A DNA stretch of 60,932 nt from Neophaeotheca triangularis (taxonomy: Eukaryota): contig BAAIJX010000085.1 of NCBI GenBank assembly GCA_054600435.1, positions 1-60,932 on the forward strand. Reading direction: 5' to 3'. The notes below the pieces were generated by a model that did not search any database, was not told where the DNA came from, and was given only the letters and a program-made list of their open reading frames with translations. This document shows, one piece after another, positions 30,361 through 41,516 of this stretch (the first letter of the stretch is position 1; every line of letters begins with the position of its first letter). The translations under genes were made by a program, and so were the position numbers.

Positions 30361-32149
30361 ATGGCCGGGATCCAGGTTGAGAAGCCGGACATTGTCCAAT
30401 TGGAGGTGGGCATGGTCCACGGCGACGACGGCGCTTCCAAACAGCACAATGTCGAACACATCGATGGCTTTAATGTCTTGGGTCTCAACCAAGAGGACGC
30501 CGACTTCTACCGGAACTTCTCGAAGAAGGAACGCGATGTTGCGAGACACAAAGTCGACATTCGACTCGTTCCCTTACTCGCCCTGCTTTATCTCATGTCC
30601 CATCTCGACCGCAGCAACATCGGGAACACAAAAATTGAGGGTATTGGTAAGGGATATAGTCCAAGATGCATCTGTGCAACCATTTCAGCGTGCTGACTTG
30701 ATTCAGACCAGGATCTAGGGATCAGCGACGTTCAGTGGAATGTCCTCCTTTCACTATTCTTCGTCCCGTACATCCTCCTCGAGATTCCATCGAACATTAT
30801 CCTCAAGCGCTTCAACCGCCCGTCATACTACATGGGTATCTTGGTCACCTGCTGGGGAATTATCATGACCTGCCACGGTGTTGTCACCAACTACGCTGGT
30901 ATCATGGTCCTACGCATCCTGCTCGGTGTCTTTGAGGCTGGTTTCTTCCCCGGTGCCGTCTACTTGGCTTCTTTCTGGTACATGCCAAAAGATCTTGCCG
31001 CCCGCATCTCGTGGTTCTACTGCTTCAGTGCCCTTTCTGGTGCTTTCTCCGGCATGTTGGCCGCTGCCATTGCCCAGATGGATGGCGTTGGAGGCTACGA
31101 AGGCTGGAGGTGGATCTTCATCTTGGAGGGCGTGGTCACTGTCGCCGTCGGTGTTGCCACATTCTTCATCATGGTCGACACTCCATCTCTCAGCACCAAA
31201 TGGCTGAAGCCGGAAGAGGTCCGATTCTTGAATTTGCAACACTTCGTTAAGCAAGGTGGTCGCTTCGCAGACGAGACCCAGGAGCGGCGCAACATTTGGC
31301 ACGATCTGAAGGCCGTCCTCTTGAACTGGAGGCTTTGGCTTCTAACGTGGGTCCAGTTCTGCCAGTCTGCTACTGCCTATGGTAAGTCAACACCTCCGTC
31401 GTTGCGCTATCGTGGCCCACCACCCGCAGTGCGAAAACTAAATAAGTATTTACAGGCACGAAGTTCACTTTGCCTACGCTCACACGAGCCATGGGTTTCG
31501 AGAGCACAAATGCTCAACTCATGTCCGCCCCTCCGTACGTACTCGGCGCCATCGCCACCATCGTTCTCGCCAAGATTTCCGATCGCGTCTACTGGCGTAT
31601 GCCGTTTGTCGTTGGCCCTTTCGCCGCAATTTGCACAGGCTTCGCTATTATGCTTGGACTCCAAGGAGACTTTGAGAACCAGCTTGGTGCTTCCTACTTC
31701 GCTGTTTGCATCGCCTGCATGGGCATCTACCCTGCTGCCCCTGCTCTCATTGCCTGGGTGGGTAACAATTCCGCTCCGTCCTCGCGTCGGGCAGTCGCTC
31801 TGTAAGTTCCCCCTTTTTGGAAAAAAACTTTCCTTTTCCGACCCCATGTCTCAATATATTCAAGCTAACACTAGACAGTGCGACTAACATATGTATGGGA
31901 AATGTGGGAGGCATCATGGGTAGCTATATGTTTTACGATTCTGACGCTCCCGCATACAATACCGGTTTCGGTTTGTCGATTACCTTCGGAATCACGGGCT
32001 TGCTCGCGGCCGTTGCGGCAGAGCTTAGCTTCAAGTGGGCCAATAGCAAGAGGGACAAGCTAGACGAAGAGGAGATCCGTGCCAGGTACGACAACGACGA
32101 GCTCATGAGGATGGGTGACAACAACCCCCTTTATAGGTACACTCTGTAG
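30361..32149 (+). CDS. MFS transporter, anion:cation symporter (Dal5/Tna1-like) family, 4 exons
   Basis: Introns 30647-30706, 31382-31455, 31802-31878; LDRSNIGN, RILLGVFEAGFFPG, GWRWIFILEG, and a C-terminal YRYTL. Confidence 0.92.
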
Positions 32150-33450
32150 AGAGTTACCAAAAAGCTTCAGCGAGGAGTTTGGGATGTGCCGCAAGATCAA
32201 TGCGAGGGCTCGGAGTTATGGATACGGTCTTTGAGACTTCAGGGAGCCGACCAATCGTTCTCGGGACGGTGTTCCGAAAAATCACCCCTGAGGCACTTTT
32301 ACTTTTGCTGCCGGCTGGCTTTTATGATTTACGAGTGTACATACTACGCTACCCTAACATGACCGCCTTTTCTTCGGCTTTCATTGCGACTTATCACATA
32401 CAATTCGTTCGCCATAGCGCGCGAATTAGATGCATTCAGGGGGAATGAAATGAGCTGAGGTGTGACGTGACGGGCTTGGCATAACCGGCTCATGCCCTTC
32501 TGCGGAAACTCGTACATTCACATCAAACGTAGGACCATCGCATATGTCGCCTGCATTTCAATCGACTGTCGCCAATGCTCTCGGATCCACCTCTTATAAC
32601 CATTCCGCTGTCCCTTCAAACACCACCGCCGTCATTACGCAAGACGGGGCTTTCAGCCGTCGACTGCACATCGGCAATCCATCTTCTCATCTTCACACGA
32701 CTTGACGGCCACCTCAACTCTCGAGGGTAGGTCTAGTCTGTCTAATATACGGTCGGCCTTTGTGATCGCGGCCTGGAAGTCGACATGATTCGCACAGTTA
32801 CTGACGGCCGTAACCTCAGGACAAAGGACTATCCAGGAAGCCCTGGCACGTTATCCTAGCACCACGGCCGGACAGTTAGCCTACCCATGCAGCTATGTGC
32901 TTTTGGTAACAGCAAGCACGCCACCACCCTCAACCATGACCGACATGTCGCATAGTGCTGGATCAAGGCTACGACATCGATAAGACCTACGGCGACCCCC
33001 CCGACTCTGGTATTGCACAACCGCCACCGCTCGGCTCTCCTATCATCCCAAAGCGACAGTAGCTCAACCCTACGCCCTCCTTCCCCGTCCCACTCGAGAC
33101 AAAGACTAGCGAAACGCTTCCACCGTCGCCGGGATCCTCCTTGTCTAACCCAACCGTCAGAGTCTCGTCATCAGAGCTGAAAGAAGCGGAGGATAAGTAG
33201 CATAGCATAGCACCCGAAAAAAAAAAGTACCACATTTTGCCCTCTCTCCTCCGAAACCGCGGAGACGGTGGGGAACTACTATGTAGGCGTAGATGGAACC
33301 GGACAGGGGACGTTTACAACTGCCGGAGGAGAAGCGTTGTGTAGATCAACCAGGCCCCCTCCCCAAAAAAAAAAGACAAGCACCGTACCCAGACGCTCAG
33401 AACGCTTCACCAATAACAAAACCCCCCCACCTGCATCCCTTTTTCCACCC

Positions 33451-35124
33451 TCACCTGACAACACTAACACTGTCCCTGGGCGCCGCGGACCCCGTCCCAC
33501 TAGCCAAACCGACATCTCTCTCCCTACCCTGTCCATAGCCACCCATGGCGGTCTCCAAACCGCCGGGCGAATTTAAAACCCCCCTCAACTGCTTACAAGC
33601 CCGCAAATAATACTCCTTGACCCCGGGCGTGGGCTTGAGCGGATTCGGCGCCTTGTCCCAGCCGTGCGGCACGCCCTCGACCAAGCGGTAGGAGATGTTC
33701 TTGCCGCATTCGGATTCGAGGCGGGTTTTGAAATCTAGGCCTTCGGCGAGAAGCATGTCCCATTCGCAGCAGTGGAGGATGATGTCGCGGGGGATGGCGG
33801 CGGAGAGGAGGTTTTGCGACGCGACGCCGGGGGAGAGGTAGGGGGAGTCGAGGGCGATGCTGTCGGGTGGGTGGAGGTAGGATTCGTCGAAGAGGTTTGT
33901 GAAGAGCGCGGGCAGTTCTTGGTCTTTGCGGAGCGTGGTTGCCCGTCGCTCTTCGCGGGTTCGTGTGTAGTCTGTGCTGGGGTACCAGGGGATCAGGCAG
34001 CGGATGCGGATGTTGGGGAGTTGGCGGCGAGCTGGGGTGGGGTCGAGTTCGGTTGTTGCGGTTGTCGGGGTGGGTTTGGAGTCGGTGTTGGTGCCTGGAT
34101 GGTTCTGTTGCTGCTGTTGCTGTATAGCTGGGTCGGGGGGCGCGGGCTTCTTCGGGTCCAAGGTCTCGAGAGTATAGTCCTCCGTCGTGGTCGAAGACTC
34201 GACCATCGTATCCGAAGTCGCCGACGACGACTCCCCCGTCTGACGCTGCACTTCCCCCACTCTCCCCTTCCCCGCCACACCCTCACCAACCTCATTCTCC
34301 GCCGTCATCGGCCTGCTCAAATCATCCCTCGCAAACCCGGTAATCTCATCATACAACCGCAAAGGCACGGTAAAAGCCATATTAGCACCACTACTAAACC
34401 CACTCAACGCGATCCTGTCCCGATCAATCCCCAACGCCTCAGCATGCTTATGGACCCAAATCACCGCATCCACGCCATCCTCGACGGGGGTGGGGAACGG
34501 AAACTCGGGCGCCTTCCTGTACTCGACACTCACGACGACAGCATTGCACTCATCAACAACCGTGCCGCACCACCTCGCATCGTCCGTCGCAGCACCCAGC
34601 GTAAACCCGCCGCCGTGAAAATTTATCACCACGGGATAAGTGCCCCACTTCCTCCCCGTGCTCGCCTTCCGCACTCGGCCAAGGTACCCGGTACTCGCCC
34701 TCTTCCCCTGGCCCGCGCCATCCGACGGATTATTGACCCCTTGCGTAGTCTCACTCTCCAAGGGCTTCCCACTCCACAGCTTCTTCTGCGTAGCGTAATC
34801 CATGGGCGTGTAAAACAGCAGCCCAATCTCGCCCGGTTTGCCGGAAAGCGTGCTCTTGATGGTGTGCGTGAAAGCGGGGCGCGGGGGCCGTGGAGGCGCG
34901 AGACGGTGTAATAGCATGCCGATGCTCATTAGGAAGCGCCAGATTTGGGCTTGGAGGTGGAGGAGCCACCGCGGGCGGGGGAGTTTTTTCTTTTGCGAGG
35001 AGGCGTTTTGGGTGGCTGTGAAGGCGGAGGATGTTTTGGTGGAGGAGGGGGGGTTTTGTGCTTCGGGGTCGGAGGCGGCGGGTGGGGGGTCGTTGGCGCT
35101 GGTTGTGGGTTGGTTGGGCGGCAT
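33451..35124 (-). CDS. Alpha/beta hydrolase fold-3 (HSL-like) esterase/lipase
   Basis: HGGGF oxyanion motif, VEYRKAPEFPFP, GFSSG nucleophile elbow, EWD and PHGW triad residues. Confidence 0.9.
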   Translation of the reverse strand: MPPNQPTTSANDPPPAASDPEAQNPPSSTKTSSAFTATQNASSQKKKLPRPRWLLHLQAQIWRFLMSIGMLLHRLAPPRPPRPAFTHTIKSTLSGKPGEIGLLFYTPMDYATQKKLWSGKPLESETTQGVNNPSDGAGQGKRASTGYLGRVRKASTGRKWGTYPVVINFHGGGFTLGAATDDARWCGTVVDECNAVVVSVEYRKAPEFPFPTPVEDGVDAVIWVHKHAEALGIDRDRIALSGFSSGANMAFTVPLRLYDEITGFARDDLSRPMTAENEVGEGVAGKGRVGEVQRQTGESSSATSDTMVESSTTTEDYTLETLDPKKPAPPDPAIQQQQQQNHPGTNTDSKPTPTTATTELDPTPARRQLPNIRIRCLIPWYPSTDYTRTREERRATTLRKDQELPALFTNLFDESYLHPPDSIALDSPYLSPGVASQNLLSAAIPRDIILHCCEWDMLLAEGLDFKTRLESECGKNISYRLVEGVPHGWDKAPNPLKPTPGVKEYYLRACKQLRGVLNSPGGLETAMGGYGQGRERDVGLASGTGSAAPRDSVSVVR

Positions 35125-35789
35125 TGTGGGTGCCGGGTTGGAGGTTGTTATGTCGTCTATGGCTTGTTTGGGTTGATAGGTTTAGGTGAAAATCCTCTGT
35201 GTCGTCTCCAGCCGTATTTGAGTTCTTCGTTCGAGACCTCTAAGGTGTATTTTCTGCCCAAGATCTGATCGTCACGCGTATACTTTTCCCCTCTGTTCTT
35301 CACAAGAACTCGCACAGCCGTATATAAAGCAGGTGTAGTCCAACGTTGCCCAGCTCTTACGCGGATATCTTCTCCACATCTGACAGCATGGGAGAATACT
35401 GCCTCGATCAATCCAAGAAAACCCGATTATGTACAACGAAAACGCGAAGGTAAAGAAAACCAGAGAAGGCGCGAAAAGAAAGGCGAGAATAATAATAATA
35501 ATGCTCTCCGCGCGTGAAGTGAGGCGGCTCGGCGAAACCCTAAGATTGAGAAAGCTGTGACGTTTGTTACCGTTTTGGCGTGTGGAGAAGGGGCTCTGCG
35601 TGGAAGCCAGAAGGGTCACTTGCCGAGTCTACACGAAGGGTGGTAGTCTGGGACAAACTGAAGTATGGAAGTTGTAGTTGTAACAATCGATGCCATGTTA
35701 ACATCATAATGAGACGTTTAGAGATTCATTTGAGCGCTCTGGGTAGTATGTACGACGATCAAAGCTACTGGCAGAACTACAACCCCAAC

Positions 35790-37310
35790 CTACAACTTGG
35801 CATACACAGTAGCCACACTCCCCGCCATCTCAACAAGCGTACTCTTATTCCGCACCCAAGCCTCCAACCCCCTCCTGCCATTCTCCACCCCCAACCCACT
35901 GCGCTTCCACCCCCCAACCGACATCTCCGCGGGTGAATCCCCCCAAGTGTTAATCCAGCAAATCCCCGCTTCCAATTTCCCGACAACAGTATGCGCCAGA
36001 TTCAAGTCGCTCGTAAAGACACCCGCCGCGAGGCCCATCGGAGTGTCGTTGGCGCGAGCCAGGAGGGGTGGGAGCCAGGAACTGCTTGGTCCGGTGGAGG
36101 AATAGGGCAGCAGGCACATCACCGGGCCGAAGATCTCGTCGCGGGCGATGAGCATGTCGTCGGTGACGTTTGTGAAGACAGTTGGTCGGGTCCAGTAGCC
36201 GGCTTTGTTGGCGGACGGGGGAAGATCGGGTGGTGCGCCGAGGCCACCGGTTAGGAGAGTGGCTTTGTCGGTCTCGAGACCGTGGCGGATGTAAGAAGAG
36301 ACTTTTTCGTGGTGCGGGCGGCTTACGAGGGGCCCGAAATTGGTCGCAGGGTCCATGACGTCTCCGGCGCGGATGTGGGACATTTTTTGCAGGAGTATAC
36401 GTTCGAAATCTTGGAGCCGGTTGGAAGGAACGAAGACGCGGGTGCCGTTTGTGCAGACTTGGCCCGAGGAGTAGAAGTTGGCCATCATGGCGCCGTCGAC
36501 GGCGGTCTCGAGGTCGGCGTCGGGAAGCACGAGCAGTGGGGATTTACCGCCGAGTTCCATGGTTGCGTATTTCATGCCCGCTGCCGCGGCCGAGGCGACT
36601 TTGCTGCCAGTGCTGACTTGGCCTGTGAAGGAGACTTTGGCGATTCCTGGGTGGGAGGTGAGAGCGCTGCCGACGTCGCCGGCTCCGTGGACTACGTTGA
36701 AGACGCCTGGGGGCACGCCCGCTTCGGTGTAGATTTCAGCTAGCTTTAGGGCGTGCAAGGGAGTGAACTCGGAGGGTTTGTAGACCATGCAGTTGCCGGC
36801 TGCGAGGCAAGGGGCGGATTTCCACAAAGCGATTTGGATGGGGTAGTTCCAGGCACCGATGCCTGCGCAGACGCCTAGGGGAGCTTTGGTGGTGTAGACC
36901 CAGGCGTCAGGGCGGAGACGAGTGGTTTCGCCATTGAGTCCACCTGAGGCGACGAGGTTGGCATAGTATTCGAGGACGTCGGTGCCGGTTACGACGTCCA
37001 CAGCTGAGGTTTCCGAATAGGGTTTTCCCGTGTCGCGGGTTTCTATCTCAGCTAGTTGGTCGTTTCGTTCGCGGAGGAGGGCTACTGCTTTGAGGAGGAT
37101 TCGAGATCGCTCCATGGGGGAGGTTTCAGACCATGATGGAAAAGCTTTGTGGGCTGCGTTGACGGCCGCGTCTATGGAAGAGTTGTCCGCTTTGCAAACG
37201 TCCGCGAGGGGGTTGTTGTTTGCCGGGTCGATGGTTTGAAAGGTGGAGGAGGTTGTTTGACGTTTACCGTCGTAGTAGAGGGGTTGAGTCTCGTAGCGGT
37301 GGTTAGACAT
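35790..37310 (-). CDS. Betaine aldehyde dehydrogenase
   Basis: [23 protein letters not shown] (BetB-like), [25 protein letters not shown]-terminal AKL; divergent from choline oxidase. Confidence 0.93.
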   Translation of the reverse strand: MSNHRYETQPLYYDGKRQTTSSTFQTIDPANNNPLADVCKADNSSIDAAVNAAHKAFPSWSETSPMERSRILLKAVALLRERNDQLAEIETRDTGKPYSETSAVDVVTGTDVLEYYANLVASGGLNGETTRLRPDAWVYTTKAPLGVCAGIGAWNYPIQIALWKSAPCLAAGNCMVYKPSEFTPLHALKLAEIYTEAGVPPGVFNVVHGAGDVGSALTSHPGIAKVSFTGQVSTGSKVASAAAAGMKYATMELGGKSPLLVLPDADLETAVDGAMMANFYSSGQVCTNGTRVFVPSNRLQDFERILLQKMSHIRAGDVMDPATNFGPLVSRPHHEKVSSYIRHGLETDKATLLTGGLGAPPDLPPSANKAGYWTRPTVFTNVTDDMLIARDEIFGPVMCLLPYSSTGPSSSWLPPLLARANDTPMGLAAGVFTSDLNLAHTVVGKLEAGICWINTWGDSPAEMSVGGWKRSGLGVENGRRGLEAWVRNKSTLVEMAGSVATVYAKL

Positions 37311-37989
37311 GATCACGACAGGGGTTTGTAGATGTTGTTGAGAGAGCTGGTATTGTTCTAGATCAATCAAATAGGAGTCGAGTGGATGCTGCGGATAAGT
37401 GATGACCGTTCAATGGTCAACAATAATAATGCTGGAGCTGATGTCGCCAAGGGGCTTGCTTTTGTCTAGCTTGCCACCCTCGCTGTCCGCGCGATGTGCC
37501 GAAGGTTTGCCTCAGTCCTGGCCTGGGCTTTCTGAACAGCCCGAGAGGTTTGTGGCAGTGGATGTGGTAACTTTTGATTGTTGTTATTGATGTCGTGCTT
37601 CTGCCAACTGCTTAGAAGCGGGTGTAATAAGCCTTTTTAGCGGTGCAAAATGCAAAGGTAGACAGTAGCAGGAGGTGCTACTACTAGAAGGTCAGATGAA
37701 CAATAGTGCAGGGTCCGAGAGTCGAGCGGGCACGCTAGGGCGTATAGGTATCAAAAGAGGCCGAACCCGATGCGGCAAAAAGCACGTGATGTTGCGCCGC
37801 GAGGACGATCGTGTCTAGTGTACAGACGTCACAGCAAGATTGGCAAGGGCATATAAAGGTATGCTGTGTCCTTGAATCGTGGAAATTGAGGCAGTATATG
37901 GTGAATGTGGTGATATGTCGAGACATGAGGTTCTGCTGAAGTGAAGGTGTCGTCGAGTGCCAATGCTAGCACCAAGCCGGAAGAGGTTA

Positions 37990-38007
37990 GGGGGGGGGGG
38001 GGGGGGG
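37990..38007. repeat. G homopolymer (~18 nt) in the BADH/choline oxidase divergent promoter
   Basis: Direct reading of the sequence. Confidence 0.85.
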
Positions 38008-38691
38008 AAGAAAAGATGTCAAGGTACTAGTAGTTACTGCGAGTACTAAGTTACATAGTACCTAGAGTTAACCGCAGCCAACCGCGTGTGCTAGTGGATT
38101 ACCTTATCATCATCATCAGCCACTGCTGTTGCTCCCAAACGACCACCAACTACCTCCTCCTACTACTACTACTACTAGCAGAACCACTACTACTACTACC
38201 ACTACTACTACTGGCATCTTTCTTGCTCTCATCGGCCTCCACTCGGACCTTCTCATCCTCGTCTACCCTTGCAAGTCTTCCCTTTCTACCTGGACGACAT
38301 CGCTTGGCGTCGGCTCTTTCCACGCTAAATCGCGTGATACGCAAGAGGAAAAGCGCAATCATCTCGCCCTTGTCGTCCTCCTCGTCGTCGTCGTCGTCGC
38401 TTGCCTCCCGTCTGGTCACTCCCCTCTCCTCTTGTGGCTGTGAAACTTGACACCCATACAACTGTATCCACGCCTTCAACAAGGTTTTCTGCCAATCATC
38501 GCCAATCGGTGAGGAATAGCTTGCTTATCTACTCCGTCTCCCCCCCTTCTCTTGCTTCTTACCTTCCCTTTCTGCTCCTCTCTCAAACTCCTCTCTACCA
38601 CTTACCTCAACACATCCTCTCTCCTCTTCTCTTCTCTTCTCATACCACACCTCAGCCTCCTTGGTAGCTCACCACCACCACCACCACCACC

Positions 38692-40380
38692 ATGGCCAGC
38701 GAGAAAGCAAACATTTCCACCACCCCTGGTCCTCTCCCCACCACCGGCACCACCGATCAGCTTCCTCAATCCGACGTCGACAGCTATGACTTTATCATTG
38801 TCGGAGGAGGTACCGCCGGCTGCGTTATTGCAGCCCGCCTCTCGAAATACCTCCCCAATAAAAAAGTCCTACTCATCGAAGCTGGTCCCTCCGACTTCAT
38901 GGACGACCGCGTCCTTTTACTCAAAGACTGGTTGAACCTCATCGGTACCGATCTCGACTACGACTACGGCACTACCGAGCAGCCTATGGGCAACTCCAAC
39001 ATCCGCCATTCCCGCGCCAAAGTCCTCGGAGGCTGCTCGAGCCACAACACCCTCATTTCCTTCCGACCCTTTGAATACGATGCTCAAAGATGGCAGGCAC
39101 AAGGTTGCAAGGGATGGGACTTCAAGACATTCACACGCGTATTGGACAATCTCAAGAATACGGTACAACCTGTACACGAGAGGCACAGGAACCAGCTGTG
39201 CATCGACTGGGTGAACAGCTGCTCGAAGGCATTGAACATCCCCGTAATCGAAGATTTCAACAAAGAGATCAAAGACACAGGCGCGCTCAAGGAATGCGTG
39301 GGCTTCTTCAACGTAGCCTACAACCCAGACACCGGCCACCGTAGCAGCGCAAGTGTAGCTTACATCCACCCGATCCTCGAGCAAAAGGAAACCCGCCCCA
39401 ACCTCACCATCCTCACCAACGCCTGGGTGAGCAAAATCAACGTCACCAACTCCTCCAAAGTCACTGGCGTCAACCTCACCCTCAAAGACGGTAGCAAACG
39501 CACCCTCCGCCACCGCGCCGAGACCATCCTCTGCGCCGGTGCAGTCGACACTCCCCGCCTAATGATGCTCTCCGGTTTAGGCCCCAAAAAGCAACTCACC
39601 GACCTCGGCATCCCGCTAATCAAAGACATGCCCGGCGTTGGCGAAAACCTCCTCGATCACCCAGAAAGCATCATAATGTGGGAACTCAACAAGCCCGTGC
39701 CGGCCAACCAAACAACCCAAGACTCGGACGCGGGCATTTTTCTCCGCCGCGAGGTCCCCAACGCCGCAGGCTCCGACGGCGCCATCGCAGACGTCATGAT
39801 GCACTGCTACCAAATCCCCTTTGTCTACAACACGGCGCGCCTAGGCTACGACAGCCCCAAAGACGCCTTCTGCATGACACCCAACATCCCTCGCCCACGC
39901 TCGCGCGGCCGCATCTTCCTAACCTCCTCCGACCCTAGCGTCAAGCCCTCTCTCGACTTCCGCTACTTCACCGACCCGGAAGGCTACGACGCGGCCACCA
40001 TCGTCGCGGGCCTCAAAGCCGCCCGCGAAATCGCCAAACAAGCCCCCTTCAAAGACTGGATCAAGCGCGAAGTCGCCCCAGGGCCCAAACTCACCACGGA
40101 CGAGGAACTCTCCGAGTACGGCCGCCGCGTCGCTCACACTGTCTACCACCCCGCTGGCACGACGAAGATGGGGGATGTGAGCGGAGATTCTTACGCGGTC
40201 GTGGATCCCGAGTTGAGGGTCCGGGAAATGGAGGGTTTGCGGATTGCCGATGCCGGCGTTTTTCCCGATATGCCGAGTATTAATCCTATGCTCACGGTGC
40301 TGGCAATTGGGGAGAGGGCGGCGGAGATGTTGGCGGAGAGTTGGGGTGGCAAGACCGAGGGGGTCAGGGCTAGGTTGTAG
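38692..40380 (+). CDS. codA: Choline oxidase (GMC oxidoreductase)
   Basis: GGGTAG, RHSRAKVLGGCSSHN (His of the covalent-FAD region of choline oxidases), GENLLDH, TVYHPAGT, INP; C-terminal ARL. Confidence 0.93.
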   Translation: MASEKANISTTPGPLPTTGTTDQLPQSDVDSYDFIIVGGGTAGCVIAARLSKYLPNKKVLLIEAGPSDFMDDRVLLLKDWLNLIGTDLDYDYGTTEQPMGNSNIRHSRAKVLGGCSSHNTLISFRPFEYDAQRWQAQGCKGWDFKTFTRVLDNLKNTVQPVHERHRNQLCIDWVNSCSKALNIPVIEDFNKEIKDTGALKECVGFFNVAYNPDTGHRSSASVAYIHPILEQKETRPNLTILTNAWVSKINVTNSSKVTGVNLTLKDGSKRTLRHRAETILCAGAVDTPRLMMLSGLGPKKQLTDLGIPLIKDMPGVGENLLDHPESIIMWELNKPVPANQTTQDSDAGIFLRREVPNAAGSDGAIADVMMHCYQIPFVYNTARLGYDSPKDAFCMTPNIPRPRSRGRIFLTSSDPSVKPSLDFRYFTDPEGYDAATIVAGLKAAREIAKQAPFKDWIKREVAPGPKLTTDEELSEYGRRVAHTVYHPAGTTKMGDVSGDSYAVVDPELRVREMEGLRIADAGVFPDMPSINPMLTVLAIGERAAEMLAESWGGKTEGVRARL

Positions 40381-41516
40381 AGCGGGTGTGTTTGTATACA
40401 AGGTGTGGAGGGCGGGTTTAGGAGTCGATTGGTTTTTTGCTCTACTCTGCTGCTCTGGTGTTTGAGACTGGGACACCTGGGAGCTCTAACTGTGGCGCCG
40501 GTGGTGCTTGAGATTTTGGTGCTTGAGACTTTGGTTGGGCAGGGCAGGGTAGGGCAGGGCATGATACCAGGCACTTACTTCTGTTTCTTACTTTAAAAGT
40601 CTTCGTCATCACTGCAATGGTGGTGTTCTTCAACAACTTGACTGTCCGACTGACTTCTTGACCGAAGGGGGGTTCAACCGCCATTGTCTTGGGGAAAACC
40701 GAACGCGACTCTTTAGGGTTCGAGCTTGCGTGGTTTTCGATTTGAATTTATAAATCATTCGCACGAGATTTTATTGTCTCTGCGTGGGCACGGTGTGCTG
40801 GTTCTTTTTTATTTTCATTTTATTTGCTCCTCTGCCTCTTGTCTCTCGTCCCTCATCTCAACTTAATCGAACTTCTGACCCCACGTGCGTGTGGCGTGTC
40901 TGTTGCTTTCCAAGGCTTGTTGGCCTGCCCGGACCGGGGTTCGAGCACGTGTCGTCGTGTGTCCGGGGTGAGTTGGATGGGATTCGAGATGGCTTCCCTT
41001 TTTTTTTTCTCTCTCTCCCCGCTCGATGCAGTCCAGTCCAGGCAGGATTCACGCAACGGGTCTTTGCTCGTTGCGCGTGCGCGTGCGGTGCCATGTCGTG
41101 TATGTCCTGCCGAGTCTTGCTCCAGGTGCTCGTTCGATCGTCGTGGTCCGTTGTGCTTATGTATTGGATCTTCTTGCTGGAGAGGCTGTTGGTTGGGACC
41201 AAGTGCTTTCTGCTTGAGCCTGACAGCACGCCGCGCGTGCTAGTGGGGGAAGGGGGTTGCCTTTTGTTGGTGTTGTCGGGGTTTGGGGGCCTTTGGTTGC
41301 GAGTCGCAAGACTCACGGTGGGAGCGGAAGGGGACAGGGTTGGTTGGTGGTGTTTGGGCTCCGATTGTAGTTTTCGGCCGCCTGGCTCTCTTGGTCATCG
41401 GTCTTCTCTTTCGTCGAGGGCTGGGTCTGTCTTTCGTGCCTTCTTGCCTTTGGAGATACCGCGCCTGGTGTGGGTTGATTTTGGCAAGAACCTAAGCCTG
41501 CGCCGTCTTGCCTTTT

